In this document: one piece after another, positions 40,472 to 51,178 of the stretch
Numbering within the stretch: the stretch's first letter is position 1
How the letters are laid out: every line of letters begins with the position of its first letter
NCBI GenBank assembly: GCA_965197745.1
Contig: CBDANS010000007.1
Location: forward strand, 1-64,000
DNA from: Opitutales bacterium
GTDB lineage: Bacteria > Verrucomicrobiota > Verrucomicrobiia > Opitutales > PNEW01
DNA length: 64,000 nucleotides
Direction: 5' to 3'
Program-made: the position numbers and the translations under genes
Notes under the pieces: model-generated
Databases searched by the model: none
What the model saw: the letters and a program-made list of their open reading frames with translations, nothing else
Told to the model about the DNA's origin: nothing

Positions 40472-41125
40472 TCAGCTTGTGACGATCCCTCGCCACACCC
40501 TTTTGAATGGTTTCCCTGTCTCTCTGTCAGGAATTTCAATATGTTCAAGCCGTAGAGATGCCCAGATTTGGAATAGAGATTCCAATTTTTCCCTGAAGAA
40601 GAAATGAACAGTCTGTCCATCTTTCTCAAGAATTAGGTTCTCACCCAGTTCTGCAAGTACTGGCTTTCTCAATGCGCGAAGCTCACGATCTTCAGTGGAG
40701 TTTACATGGAAAATAAACTGTCCTGAAAGTTTCAGCACCCGTTTCACCTCCATGATGATGCTCTGAGTTGTCGCGTCATCAAACATATGAAGGGTGACAT
40801 TTGAAAAAACAGCGTCGAAAAGGTCGTCAGGAAAGGGAAGCGTATGTGCCATGTCGGCTTGTATGAATTCAGCCCCCGGGATCGACTTCGATTTCGCCAT
40901 TGAAATCGCTTTATCGGAGAATTCAAGCCCTGTTACGCGAAAACCCGCTTTTGATAAACGAGCCACGTCATTTCCGGATCCGCAGCCAAGGTCCAGGATG
41001 CTCCGGCATCCACGCGCTCGAAGGACATCAATGAACGGGTCAATCCATAGACCACCCCAATTCAGGTCACCATATTGATCGAACCGCCTATCCCAGACGG
41101 AAGAGTCTGCATAAGATGAAGTCAT
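40472..41125 (-). CDS. class I SAM-dependent methyltransferase, gene cassette
   Basis: ILDLGCGSG, LPFPDDLFDAV. Confidence 0.9.
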   Translation of the reverse strand: MTSSYADSSVWDRRFDQYGDLNWGGLWIDPFIDVLRARGCRSILDLGCGSGNDVARLSKAGFRVTGLEFSDKAISMAKSKSIPGAEFIQADMAHTLPFPDDLFDAVFSNVTLHMFDDATTQSIIMEVKRVLKLSGQFIFHVNSTEDRELRALRKPVLAELGENLILEKDGQTVHFFFREKLESLFQIWASLRLEHIEIPDRETGKPFKRVWRGIVTS

Positions 41126-41138
41126 AAATATATCTCTC

Positions 41139-41227
41139 AGCTAACGTTAGAGCTCACCGGCCTTGGCTTGTAGTTGCTGCACTGGAAGTGCAGCTAGCCG
41201 AGGCCCGTGTGCAGCTAATAGTTATAC
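41139..41227 (-). other. integron attC site
   Basis: Minus strand GTATAAC tattagctgcac...gctgcacttccagtgcagc...gtgagctctaac GTTAGCT. Confidence 0.85.
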
Positions 41228-41232
41228 AAATC

Positions 41233-41679
41233 TTATAATTCATAAACATACTCAAAATTATGATCACCATCTAACTTTGCCCCTGTTGATTCATATAATT
41301 TCTGAGCTTCAATATTATTATGTCCTGTTCCAACCCATATTTCCATAATGTTTTCATTCTTACCTATATCTTTCATCAGTTGAATCATCGACTTCCCAAT
41401 TCCTTTTCTTCTATGTTTCTCATCTACTCCAATTTCATATAAGTACACCATATATTTATCTCTATCAATTCTTGGGAATTTATGTGCAATTAAAAAACCT
41501 ACAGGCTCATCATTTATTAACCCCAAAATCAAATAATTACATGGATTATGAAGTAATTCTAGGATGTGTATTGAACTTGGGTAGCGACTTTTCCCCTCAA
41601 CATTTATTTTTAGTTTGATGATCGCTTCAATAGCAAGCTGATCATCATTAGGGGATAGCCGTTTGACTTCAAAATTCAT
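41233..41679 (-). CDS. GNAT acetyltransferase, gene cassette
   Basis: YLYEIGVDEKHRRKGIG...N..AQKLYESTG; boundaries GTTATAC / GTATAAC are complementary. Confidence 0.88.
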   Translation of the reverse strand: MNFEVKRLSPNDDQLAIEAIIKLKINVEGKSRYPSSIHILELLHNPCNYLILGLINDEPVGFLIAHKFPRIDRDKYMVYLYEIGVDEKHRRKGIGKSMIQLMKDIGKNENIMEIWVGTGHNNIEAQKLYESTGAKLDGDHNFEYVYEL

Positions 41680-41687
41680 TTCTATTT

Positions 41688-41744
41688 GTATAACGTCAGC
41701 CATCAGGCGTGCCATTTGGCATCGCCTGCATGGCAGGGTTGGGA
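41688..41744 (-). other. integron attC site
   Basis: Minus strand TCCCAAC cctgccatgcaggcg atgccaaatggca cgcctgatggctgac GTTATAC. Confidence 0.88.
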
Positions 41745-42571
41745 CTTTTCATTTCCTCATAGAGTTTGCCGGGGGAAAGAAACCTGAACCCAAGGTCCTT
41801 AGCTCGCACTAGAAAATCCGAAATCCACTTTCCTTTTGTCTTTTGGAATACCTCCACGGTCGGGGTGTCGTGGTCGTGACTGCATACGTTCCAGATCCAC
41901 TGCTTTTTCGATACCTCATGAAGCATCGCGACAAGATAGTCCTGATAGCTATCGCCGTGGCGCCGGTCGTCGAAACGATCCCAATAGAAATCATCCTGAT
42001 AGCCCTGAATCCCAAGCTCGAGGATATCCGGGAATCCCTGATCGTCATAGAAGAAGGGTTGTTCTGTGAAAGGCGTTGGCTGACAGTCACGAAAGTCACG
42101 CGCATTCGTGCGAATCCACCGGATGCCATTGTCCTGCAGGATTTGCAGGATATCAGGCCGATCAACCAGACCTCGGTAGTAACCCCAGGGACCGGTCAGT
42201 CCGTGGCACTCGACACTCAGCACATCGCCGATCAATGTCTGGGTCCTGGTGATTTCTTCACGGATTTCGCCTTAGCTGCCGCCTGCATTGAAAAAGTTCG
42301 GGTATGATCCATGTACCGGTTTGCCATCATGGGGCGTCATATAGACGGATTTTAGCAGTGTGTGGCTGTAGGTGTGCTGACCAATGGTTAAGAGCGGATT
42401 GTCTACCATCTTCTGAATCTCATCACCACACTTCTCGAGGGTTTTGCCCGTGAGGTAGATCGTCCATGGTACCTCCAACTTATTGTGTAGAATCTCTGCA
42501 CCCCGGAGGAATCCTATAGTGCTGTCTGACGCGGTTTCGACGTCGTATCCGCAGATTATGCTCGCGCTCAT
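41696..42571 (-). pseudogene. polysaccharide deacetylase (NodB-like) with internal TAA (42272-42274)
   Basis: GYDVE, IGQHTYSH, NAGGS*GEIREEI, GLTGPWG, CSHD; both tracked ORFs share a frame. Confidence 0.8.
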
Positions 42572-42590
42572 AATTAGTGCCCCCTTGTAG

Positions 42591-43766
42591 TTACATTCTG
42601 GCTAGCTGTCTGTTAATCTTTTCGATTCCCTTATCAATACGCTGCTTGCTCCAACCATAGGGAGTAGGGCACAAAACCGTCTTTTTCAGGTACTTGTCTG
42701 TCTGCCTTAGCGGTTGCCGGTAGTTGGTCTTGATTTTCTTGTTCCTGGGGTGCCTGAAGCAATCCCAATCCGGATGGTGCCCCCCGACCTTGCTCTTAAC
42801 CACATCCCAGGCTGAATACACATGGCGACCTGAGTTGATGGGGCGGTGCACGCCAGGGACTAGATGCTTTACCATTATTGCTTCAAGTTTCTCGGCGGCT
42901 TTAATATTCTCTGCCTGGATTAGAAAGCACACACCACAGTTGCCGTTTTCATCATTGCTAATTACGAACTTGAAACCAACCGGTAAATTAATCCCTGCGA
43001 GGAACATCGATCGTGTTTTCCGAAGAGTCGTCAGTATCCTGTCCAACCGTTTGACCTGCTCTCTCATAATGACGGCGTTGAGATCATTGAATCTAAAGTT
43101 GCCCCCGCAAAAATAGCTTTCGTGCATCTTGCCTTTTTCCGGCCAGACACTACAGGCCCCGTCCTGCGCCATGTATGCTTTTTCACCGTATTTCCTGTTT
43201 GAGGTGGCGCATGCACCCCCTTCGCCGCAAGAAATAATCTTAAACTGATTGAAGCTGAAAGCGCCCATGTCGCCGATTGCCCCGAGTCGCTTCTTACCAT
43301 AACTACCACCGATGGCCTGGCAGCAATCCTCGAGAATGAGAATATTCTTTCCTTTTGCTATCTTTCGTATTGCCCGCATGTTGCACGGCATGCCCTGCAT
43401 GTGCACAGGAATTACGCAGGCAGTATGCTTTTCTATTTTCCGCTCCATATCGACGGGGCACAGCGTAAGGGTTTCGTCAACTTCCGTATATATGGGGATT
43501 GCACCCACAGCTGTCACGGCCAAGGCCGTGGAAATAAAGGTGTATCCTGGAACCAGAACAGAGTCTCCAGGGCCGATTCCCATTGCTTTCAAACTGATTA
43601 TGAGCGCGGCAGTTCCGGATGTAACTGCAATTGCCGACTTAACGCCGATCAGTTCTGCCCATTCTTTTTCGAACTTGACCGTTTCCGTGCCCAGGTATCG
43701 AAAGTACGTCCTCTTTTCGAGCGCACGTTTTACCGCATTCAATTCCTTTGTTCCAAGCTCGTACAA
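42591..43766 (-). CDS. DegT/DnrJ/EryC1/StrS aminotransferase
   Basis: TSGTAAL, PVHMQG, EDCCQA, FSFNQFKIISCGEGG. Confidence 0.93.
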   Translation of the reverse strand: MYELGTKELNAVKRALEKRTYFRYLGTETVKFEKEWAELIGVKSAIAVTSGTAALIISLKAMGIGPGDSVLVPGYTFISTALAVTAVGAIPIYTEVDETLTLCPVDMERKIEKHTACVIPVHMQGMPCNMRAIRKIAKGKNILILEDCCQAIGGSYGKKRLGAIGDMGAFSFNQFKIISCGEGGACATSNRKYGEKAYMAQDGACSVWPEKGKMHESYFCGGNFRFNDLNAVIMREQVKRLDRILTTLRKTRSMFLAGINLPVGFKFVISNDENGNCGVCFLIQAENIKAAEKLEAIMVKHLVPGVHRPINSGRHVYSAWDVVKSKVGGHHPDWDCFRHPRNKKIKTNYRQPLRQTDKYLKKTVLCPTPYGWSKQRIDKGIEKINRQLARM

Positions 43767-43786
43767 TGGTGATACCTCCTGTTAAG

Positions 43787-43809
43787 ACCCAACAAGTGAT
43801 CCTAAAAAG
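43787..43809 (-). promoter_or_regulatory. attI-like leader, copy 4 (truncated)
   Basis: Minus strand tttaggatcacttGTTGGGT; matches the downstream R'' TCCCAAC at 6/7. Confidence 0.55.
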
Positions 43810-43817
43810 ATCAAAAA

Positions 43818-43961
43818 GAGTCGGGCTGTGTATTTGTAGATTGTTTTTCAATAAATAGTCAAAGTGAAGTAATAAAAAATAGTTATTTGAATTAGTTAAT
43901 TCTTAATATTTACAGGCTGTATTATTCTATTATGTAAATCTATAAATACACAGCTTGACCC
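43818..43961. repeat. inverted-repeat mini-element (GAGTCGGGCTGTGTATTTGTAGATT...AATCTATAAATACACAGCTTGACCC)
   Basis: Imperfect ~25-bp IR around an AT-rich core; related end at 53178-53200. Confidence 0.6.
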
Positions 43962-44260
43962 CATTTTCACTGACCCCTTCCACTCTCAGTCGGTACGGAT
44001 TGCGGAATGAACCTTACGGTTATTAAATATAATCCCCATCTTAGTAATCACACTCTTGTCATTGCGAAGGAGGTGAAGCCGACTGCGGCAATCCAGGTAA
44101 ATAGTCATTGTGTCTACGAATAGCAATCTCCGCGCAAGTCTTTCCAATGCGGGTTCGTCTCTTCAATTTAAGGTAATCGACCAGTTGAGAGTTAATCCTA
44201 ACATCCCGGGAAATACATGACGCAACAGACTTTCCCCTGGAATGGAAGATGTCGCTGCGC

Positions 44261-45859
44261 TTAAGCATATTGCACGAGAATCTCGACATGATCCAACTGC
44301 GGAGTCACGCAAATCGTCGGGTTGAGGCATTCCACGTCGATCTTCAATTCATTCTGGCCGAGCCTCAAGACATCGAGCAGTATGGGATAAGTCATGCGGG
44401 TAATATTATCCATGATAAACTGCGCCCGAGTGCTCCGCGCTTCTCCCGGCAATAGCCTTCCGTTAACTGAGACCTTATACTCATCCAGCTGCGTAAAGTT
44501 GTCTACCTGCAAGTGCAAGGTGACTCTCGGTGACAGCGCCTGTTGCCGCGCCGCTTCCAGATCATCGGCAATCCCGAACGGAATGACGTGTGACCCAACC
44601 GACAGCTCTACAGGGAGCACGATCGCGTCGATACCGCGGTAGATCCTGTGATTTTGTCCTGTTTCAGCGCCCTGGTTTGGGGCGCGCGGATGTGAATCGA
44701 GATCGTAATCACAGTTGAGAAAAGCAAGCACGCCCGGATCGTGGATCTCGTGCAGCACACTGTAATACTCCGGGTGCAGATCGTCATACCAGACCGTCCC
44801 TGTTCGCTCGGATTGCGGTGGCGTATCTTTTCCGTGTCCGTAGAGCAAGTGCCCGTAGTTGAACAGTTGCAACCCATGTGCTCCCCGGTGGTACATCAAC
44901 TTGGCCCAGGCGCGGGTTACTTCCGTCCTTTTCCAGTGATTTGAGCACGGGAAAATCCAGCAGTCATGCCCTTCAACCAGTTCCAACCACGGGTCGAGGT
45001 CCATATAGAATAACATGTATCCGGCGCCTGGCGCAATGACGTCAACCAATCCCTCTTTCACCCAGGTATGAACGTCCAGTCCTCGTTGCCAGCACGTGTC
45101 GATATCCGCCACCACCCGCACATGCAGGTACATGGGCCGACCACGTTCGCGGCTCATACGGTCGAGAATCTCGCGCGTCTGCCGTATTATGTCCGTAATA
45201 AGCGCAGCGTTTTTCGCTTTGCCGAACTCTTTGAAGTAGCGAGGATCTCGATCGAAATCAAGCGCGACGCCGTCGTTGTCCCATCTGGTGATGAACTCCT
45301 CGATGATGGCCATTTTGTGGTCGCGTACCTCTTTGTGTGCAAAATCAAACATTCCCCAATTGGTGGAGTCCATACTCTCGGGATTGGGGTGCGCTCGCCA
45401 CCAAGTCCCCCAAGGCGGCTGCCAATCCGGCCCAGTGTAACCCAAAAGCAGGTGCAGGTTGTTCATCTTGAACCGGCTGACTTCGTACTTGTAAATCTGG
45501 TCGTGTGCATCATTCATTCGAACGATCGGAATCACCTTTAAGCCCATGCGGTGCCCGTACTCACACGCCAGCTGCGGCGGGTTCGCGTTCGCCTCGATCA
45601 GCTTCTTGGTGTTCTCGCGATAGCGCCAAACCCAGGCGTCCTCGAATTGCTCGAACGCATCGCCCATAATTTCGCCGCTCTCCAGACCGCAGCAGTAAGC
45701 GTCCGACGAGCAGAGGTTGTAGAGCAGGCAGTCCACCTGTGTCTCCTCCAGCGGCCGTATGCATTCGCCCAGCCATTGCTCTGGCGTCAGCGGGTAATCC
45801 ACGCACGCAATATCGTTCCATTCAGCCTCCCATATCAGTCGAAACGGTTGATCCATCAT
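44261..45859 (-). CDS. putative glycoside hydrolase (GHL10-like TIM barrel)
   Basis: WNDI, VRMNDAH, FDFAHKEVR, DGVALDFDR, GAHGLQLFN. Confidence 0.55.
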   Translation of the reverse strand: MMDQPFRLIWEAEWNDIACVDYPLTPEQWLGECIRPLEETQVDCLLYNLCSSDAYCCGLESGEIMGDAFEQFEDAWVWRYRENTKKLIEANANPPQLACEYGHRMGLKVIPIVRMNDAHDQIYKYEVSRFKMNNLHLLLGYTGPDWQPPWGTWWRAHPNPESMDSTNWGMFDFAHKEVRDHKMAIIEEFITRWDNDGVALDFDRDPRYFKEFGKAKNAALITDIIRQTREILDRMSRERGRPMYLHVRVVADIDTCWQRGLDVHTWVKEGLVDVIAPGAGYMLFYMDLDPWLELVEGHDCWIFPCSNHWKRTEVTRAWAKLMYHRGAHGLQLFNYGHLLYGHGKDTPPQSERTGTVWYDDLHPEYYSVLHEIHDPGVLAFLNCDYDLDSHPRAPNQGAETGQNHRIYRGIDAIVLPVELSVGSHVIPFGIADDLEAARQQALSPRVTLHLQVDNFTQLDEYKVSVNGRLLPGEARSTRAQFIMDNITRMTYPILLDVLRLGQNELKIDVECLNPTICVTPQLDHVEILVQYA

Positions 45860-46039
45860 ACCTTGCCTTTCTCTACTTATCCATCGTTAATTTGCCAACA
45901 AGCTTATTAGCATTTCTTTATATTTTCTAATATATTCAAGTAAATTTTCCCAACTTCAATAATTTGGTTTAAGACAATCATTTCTATTGTTTCGAGCCCA
46001 ATTTTGCGTTATAAAATAATTCAACTCCTCAGAAAAGGC

Positions 46040-46879
46040 ATGCTTACCGAACAGCAGATCCAACATTTTGAAACCTTCGGTTTTATTGTCCGTCGTCAAG
46101 TGTTTAGCGTTGAGGAAATTGCCAGGTACAATGAAGAGTTCGATAATCATCTCTCCACCTTAAAAGATGGGTTTGAAAAAATAAAAAATAGCCGTTCCCG
46201 TAAATGGCCTAATTGGTCTAACCTTATTCCGGAGACACCCTGTCTGGCAGGTATGTTGGAAGACTCACGCATTTGTGTGCCCACTGAGCAATTACAAGGA
46301 GAAGATACAGTTCCCGTGCGATCCAATGCCAACAGCTTTAGACATAACACTGACTGGCATCCGGATTCGAGGCAGCGGCATTTGCGCATGCTTAAAAATC
46401 TTGTTTATCTGCAACCCACGACCGGTGACCGTGGATCATTGCGTCTTATCCCGGGCTCTCATGTAAGTCCTTTGTTCGATGAGCTGATTCGTATCGGTCT
46501 GAATAAATCTGAAGGTAATGAATCGAAGTATCTCAAAGAATCCGGGATGAGCGGCGAAGACATTCCCTGTTATATATTCACTTCGCAGCCGGGTGACGTT
46601 ATCACTTTTAATATGAATGTATGGCACGCGGCTTTTGGTGGTTATGAAGATCGCAGGAATTGTTCCCTTGCTTTTTACAGCAATCCCAGGACTGCTCAAG
46701 AAGAAGAGGATCTACGTGCTCAGGTGGATAATGCCAAAAATATCAGTCCTAATATGGATTTGCAGGATGCGCAATACTATCATCCCTGGTGGCTATCCAA
46801 CCCAGAAGGCAGCGCCAGGCGAGCACGCTGGATAGAATGGCTGGATCAATGGGGCTTTATCGAAGCGATGAGTAATTAA
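46040..46879 (+). CDS. phytanoyl-CoA dioxygenase (PhyH) family protein
   Basis: MLTEQQIQHFETFGF, WHPD, LRLIPGSH, PGDV..F...WHA; ATG start after AAAGG. Confidence 0.9.
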   Translation: MLTEQQIQHFETFGFIVRRQVFSVEEIARYNEEFDNHLSTLKDGFEKIKNSRSRKWPNWSNLIPETPCLAGMLEDSRICVPTEQLQGEDTVPVRSNANSFRHNTDWHPDSRQRHLRMLKNLVYLQPTTGDRGSLRLIPGSHVSPLFDELIRIGLNKSEGNESKYLKESGMSGEDIPCYIFTSQPGDVITFNMNVWHAAFGGYEDRRNCSLAFYSNPRTAQEEEDLRAQVDNAKNISPNMDLQDAQYYHPWWLSNPEGSARRARWIEWLDQWGFIEAMSN

Positions 46880-46908
46880 TAATAATATTTAAGACTACAC
46901 TCTGACCC

Positions 46909-48481
46909 GAATGGCGTTAAGATAAGGGTGGTTTAGGATGATAAAAGCCTTTGTTTTTTCGTGAAGCAGAGATGGTCATCATGGCTCGTGGATGAGTCAA
47001 TCGTTGGAAAGGTATAGGTCTACGTTTGAGGACTCTTGGTTCGTATCGGAAGGGACGTAGGGGGACCGATTCGAGGGCAATGAGGTGTATCATCTCGTCA
47101 ATGACAGATCGTTGGGCTCTGGGATTAAACCGGGTGGCCGCGAGCGCACTTTGATATTGGCGGAGGGTGTCAACAGCCCCCTTGAAGCTTAGCCGGGAGA
47201 GGTCGCGGTGGAAGGCACTGGCAGCTTGCTGCAAAAGAGCGCGGATGAGAGATTGTAGGCGATGGCAAACATCGCAATCTCTTTGCGCACGAGAGCGACC
47301 GAGCGAGAGCGCAGGATCTCCATCCCCATGGTGGTTTTGATGTGGCGAAAGTAAAGCTCCACTGCCCAGCGCCGATAGTATAATTCTCCGAGATCGTGGT
47401 GGGAGTATTGGTGAGGATCGCTCAAGGTAGTCACGAGGTCTACGCTATGGGCGCGGAAACCCTTGATGAAAATGAAAATCTTCACCAGCCGTACGGGGAT
47501 CTCATCAGGGATTTGCCGCCACTGCTCGCGACTGAAGCCGAAGACATTTTGCGGCTTCTTCCACATGATCAGCCGGTCATACCTACCCAAGGACCTGCCC
47601 TGACGAAAGTCGCTTCTTCGTTGCTGATGCAAACGCATGACCGCTTCAGCACCGCGGCCTTTAAGCAGGGCAATATTGAGGTAAGAGCAAAATCCCCGGT
47701 CGGCAAGGACCACATCACCCTTTTGAAAAAATCCGATCATGCCCCGCAACAGCACACTGTCATGATGCCTTAGTGAGGACTCCATCCAGTGTAAAAGCGC
47801 CCCACTGGCTAAAGAAAAACAGCCCACCAGCTTCATCACCGGAAAGCCGCAGCCGCTTCGTTGCTGCGAAGGCTGTGGGTAACACCTCTGCAAGCACGGC
47901 GTATCGGCGGTGGCGATACCCGTGCCGTCGACCACTTTTACCTCGTGACCTTTCCACCGTTGATCGTCGGTCACTCTCCCGGCCACCTCTTCACTGATCG
48001 CTTCATGGATCCCGTGCAGGTCTTGCACCAACAGCCGTTGCCTCGCCTGACAGTAGGCCGAGGCCGTTCCTTTAGCCAACTTCAGCCCCTTCATGCTGCA
48101 ATAGCTCTGGAGCTTGCGCACCACTTCCCGGCAGGCAGTCCGTGGTGAGAGCACTTGGAACAAAAATGCCCAGAAGGTCACGTTTTGGCTGAACAATCTC
48201 CGCCGGCTGTTAGCCCCTCGAGGCTTCCGGTGTAAATACTTTTGCGGCACCCACTGCCCGAAGATATCCGATAGCTCGGAAAGACTTGACCGCCGTATTT
48301 CTACCAGCTTACCCTCCATCTGTGCAAGGGCTGTTCGGGGAGCACGACCGAACAGGACCTGATTAAATCCTGGAAAATAACGAGTTAAGTTTTGTTTTTG
48401 CATGCTCGTTAGGGTAGCTCTCCAACGGTCCCTGTACAAGCATCTATTGCACTCATTCTATCCCTTATCTTAACGCCATTC
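46909..48481 (-). mobile_element. IS4-family element, copy 3 (1573 bp)
   Basis: Same TIRs; perfect 11-bp target duplication CACTCTGACCC (46898-46908, 48482-48492). Confidence 0.95.
46917..48403 (-). pseudogene. IS4-family transposase, same frameshift at 47245-47254
   Basis: A few substitutions versus copies 1/2 (e.g. PVVK to PVMK). Confidence 0.88.
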
Positions 48482-48502
48482 CACTCTGACCCCTTTTATG
48501 AT

Positions 48503-49056
48503 TCAGCGGTGATCAAGTATCCAGTCGACCGCGGTGGAGACATCTTCAGCAATATGATCCGCATTGATTTCTGCCCATAAATGGCGATACTTACCTAACG
48601 ATCTATTTCCGACGCCAGTCTTGACGAGAACTGCGCGGCTTCCAATGTGGCGAGCGAGATGCATGTCACTTGACCCGTTGTCACCTACCACACACGACGT
48701 GCCAATATCGATGGGGAAATCTTTGAGAGCGCGATCGATAAGGCCTCGTTCGGGCTTTCGGCATTGGCACTGATCACGTCGGGTATGTGGGCAGCAATAC
48801 ACGCGGTCCCATCGAGCTCCAAGACGGGCGAGCTCTGCTGTCAGCGTGGCGACACGTTCATCAAAAGCCTCTTGCGTAATTACCCTCTTGCCGATTCGAC
48901 TTTGATTGGTAACCACGATTGTTAAAATACCTGCTTCGTTGAGACGTTGGAGCGCTGCTGGGGCGTAGGGAAAAAACTCAAATGACGTGATGTCGCCAAG
49001 ACCATCACCTTCAAGTGTGCCCTGCAAATCGAAAAAGATGGCTGACACTTGGGTCA
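48503..49056 (-). CDS. HAD-IIIA phosphatase (GmhB/HisB-like), gene cassette
   Basis: FFDLQGTL, VTNQS, CPH...CQCRKP, VGD...D; start placed at GTG after the attC. Confidence 0.85.
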
Positions 49057-49062
49057 CTGTGC

Positions 49063-49119
49063 AGCTAATGTTTAAGGGGAGGCACAACTTCAGGTGTTGT
49101 CTCCTTCGACTGGTTCAGC
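49063..49119 (-). other. degenerate attC site (core ATTAGCT)
   Basis: Minus strand GCTGAAC cagtcgaaggagacaac...gttgtgcctcc ccttaaac ATTAGCT. Confidence 0.55.
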
Positions 49120-49626
49120 CATTGCATCGATAACCATGTCAATTAGTTCTGGCAGGGAGCGTTCTCCATCGAGCTTGAGAATGGGACATGTGAGGCCCTC
49201 CAACCACTTCTCGTTCAAAACGCGACTTCGCATATCCATCCCCCCGGTATCGTATTGGGAAGCCCAATTAATGAACTCGCTATCCACAAATCCGACTTCT
49301 GCCTGTTCACGCTCCTTTAGTCTAGCGATTCTCACCTCCGTTCGAACAGATAAATAAACAACAGCATCAAAGGACTGCTCAAGCGGGGGATCCCATCTAC
49401 AGATCGATCCAGAGAGGATGTGTGATTTGTTTTGCTGTAGCTCGTTGAGGATGAGAGCAAGCCGCTCCCTGGGACTCCTTTTCTCTTGGTATGGCGGTGA
49501 TGTTGTTTTCCAGAAGAAATCATCGCTATCGAAGAACGGAACCCCGAGACGCGCTGCTAAGGCGCGTCCCAGAGAAGTGGTCCCGCTGCCCGAAGCCCCG
49601 GTTATGTGAATCTTTTGCCACATCAT
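49090..49626 (-). CDS. adenylate-kinase-like P-loop protein, gene cassette
   Basis: IHITGASGSGTTSLG, DSDDFFW. Confidence 0.85.
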   Translation of the reverse strand: MMWQKIHITGASGSGTTSLGRALAARLGVPFFDSDDFFWKTTSPPYQEKRSPRERLALILNELQQNKSHILSGSICRWDPPLEQSFDAVVYLSVRTEVRIARLKEREQAEVGFVDSEFINWASQYDTGGMDMRSRVLNEKWLEGLTCPILKLDGERSLPELIDMVIDAMAEPVEGDNT

Positions 49627-49631
49627 TTCCT

Positions 49632-49716
49632 GCCGAACGTTAAAAATGAATGGTTTCCTGACCAGAGTGACGAAGGAGCAACGGGAAGGGAATCCATCTC
49701 CATTTGCTTGTTAAAT
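49632..49716 (-). other. integron attC site
   Basis: Minus strand ATTTAAC aagcaaatggagatgg...ccattcatttttaac GTTCGGC. Confidence 0.8.
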
Positions 49717-49720
49717 ATTT

Positions 49721-50428
49721 TTATTCGATTAATTCAACAATACTCTTAATGATTCGATTGGGAACAATTTTTGAGGATAATGGAAGTCCTTTGTCTTTAT
49801 AGTCATTCCAGATACTATAAATTCCTAATTGTTGAGGTCCCCAGACATCCCATTCGAGATTATCTCCCACTGCCCAAACCCTCTCAGGTGCTAATTTTAA
49901 GGCATTCAACGCATCATAATAAACTTGTTGTTTAGGCTTACCATAGCCCAATTCTCCCTCGATTAAAATAACATCAAAAATTTGTTCTAGGCCAAATCTG
50001 TTAATTTTAGCTCTTTGTGTTTCAGCTTCTCCATTGGTCAAGAGAGCCAGGGAAACCTTCTTGTTTCTCAAATGCTTTAAGGTATCCTTAGCTCTCGGAA
50101 ACAAGTGAATTAATTCTGTTCTTCTTGTTGAATATGCATTCGCTATTTTATCAGTTAGATCGAGGTTGGTTATCCCTAATTCTTTCAATGCCAAGTGGAC
50201 AATTTCATTTCTTGTTTTATCTAGATTGTTGCGTCCCCTTTTATGTCGTTCTCGATCAGACCAATACCACTGCCGAATTTTTGAAATGGATTGAAATAAG
50301 TCATTTGAATCAGATAATCCACAATTCTGATAATATTTTTCACAAACCTGAGACCATGCTGCATCAGCAACTAGATCAAATGAGATGATCGTGTCATCTA
50401 AATCAAATAGGATACCCTTCGGTAGCAA
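49721..50428 (-). CDS. HAD-IA hydrolase, gene cassette
   Basis: LFDLDDTI, LTNG, GKP, VGDNLEWD. Confidence 0.9.
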   Translation of the reverse strand: MLPKGILFDLDDTIISFDLVADAAWSQVCEKYYQNCGLSDSNDLFQSISKIRQWYWSDRERHKRGRNNLDKTRNEIVHLALKELGITNLDLTDKIANAYSTRRTELIHLFPRAKDTLKHLRNKKVSLALLTNGEAETQRAKINRFGLEQIFDVILIEGELGYGKPKQQVYYDALNALKLAPERVWAVGDNLEWDVWGPQQLGIYSIWNDYKDKGLPLSSKIVPNRIIKSIVELIE

Positions 50429-50445
50429 TTGAGTTTTCTATGAAA

Positions 50446-50520
50446 ATTTAACAAGTGATCCTAAAGTTCTGTATATTCGTGTAGGGGGATAATGTTGTCA
50501 ATGCGGGGATAATGCCCCCA
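50446..50520 (-). promoter_or_regulatory. attI-like leader, copy 5
   Basis: Minus strand cattatcccc gcattgacaa cattatcccc ctacacgaatatacagaactttaggatcacttGTTAAAT; core exactly complementary to the cassette's R'' ATTTAAC. Confidence 0.65.
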
Positions 50521-50549
50521 TCCGACTTCAATATAATTCTACCTAAGGA

Positions 50550-51122
50550 TTAAGAGGGGTTGCCTCCCTTGATTGGTTTTTCCTTGGATCTCTTGATTGC
50601 GTCGATTATCAACGAGGCAAAGCCAAATTTCCCGTACCTATTTCGGTGGTCAAGTTTCGATGAACGGTAAACTGGGGCTTCGTCTACGTTCCATTCGTTT
50701 AAATGAAATCTACCTTTTTCATCGTGATACTCAAGAAGCCTGACTTCAAATTCAGCCGCCTCAAATACCTTTACTAACTCTCTATATCCGTAGACTACCT
50801 TGTGGTTCGCTGCCGGATGGTCCCTAGGACCTGGGCCACCTACTTGCACCCATCTTTGGTATTCTTCATCTGGGAAGTGCCTATCAGGTACGGCGACGCG
50901 GATGAATCCTCCCGGTTTCAAATAGGCGAATATAGTCTTCGCGGCTTTTGCTCCTTCCTCAACGGTCAAATGCTCGAACACATGTTCGCAAAGCAAGGCG
51001 TCCGCTCGTTTTTTACCGAAGAACCTTTCCCAAGAGCTGGGATCCAGTAGATTCAGCTGATCTCCCTGGGTGGCCACCCATCCATCCCATTCCTGCATTC
51101 CAGCGCCAATGATGACTTTCAT
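50550..51122 (-). CDS. SAM-dependent methyltransferase-like protein, gene cassette
   Basis: VIIGAG, CEHVFEHL, LKPGGFIRVAVPD. Confidence 0.85.
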   Translation of the reverse strand: MKVIIGAGMQEWDGWVATQGDQLNLLDPSSWERFFGKKRADALLCEHVFEHLTVEEGAKAAKTIFAYLKPGGFIRVAVPDRHFPDEEYQRWVQVGGPGPRDHPAANHKVVYGYRELVKVFEAAEFEVRLLEYHDEKGRFHLNEWNVDEAPVYRSSKLDHRNRYGKFGFASLIIDAIKRSKEKPIKGGNPS

Positions 51123-51123
51123 T

Positions 51124-51178
51124 GTATAACGACTAAACTAAGGTGCTAGTCGACGTTGCCTGTACTGTCTTGTTCGCC
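51124..51178 (-). other. integron attC site
   Basis: Minus strand GGCGAAC aagacag...tagtttagtc GTTATAC immediately before an ATG; internal pairing weak. Confidence 0.55.
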
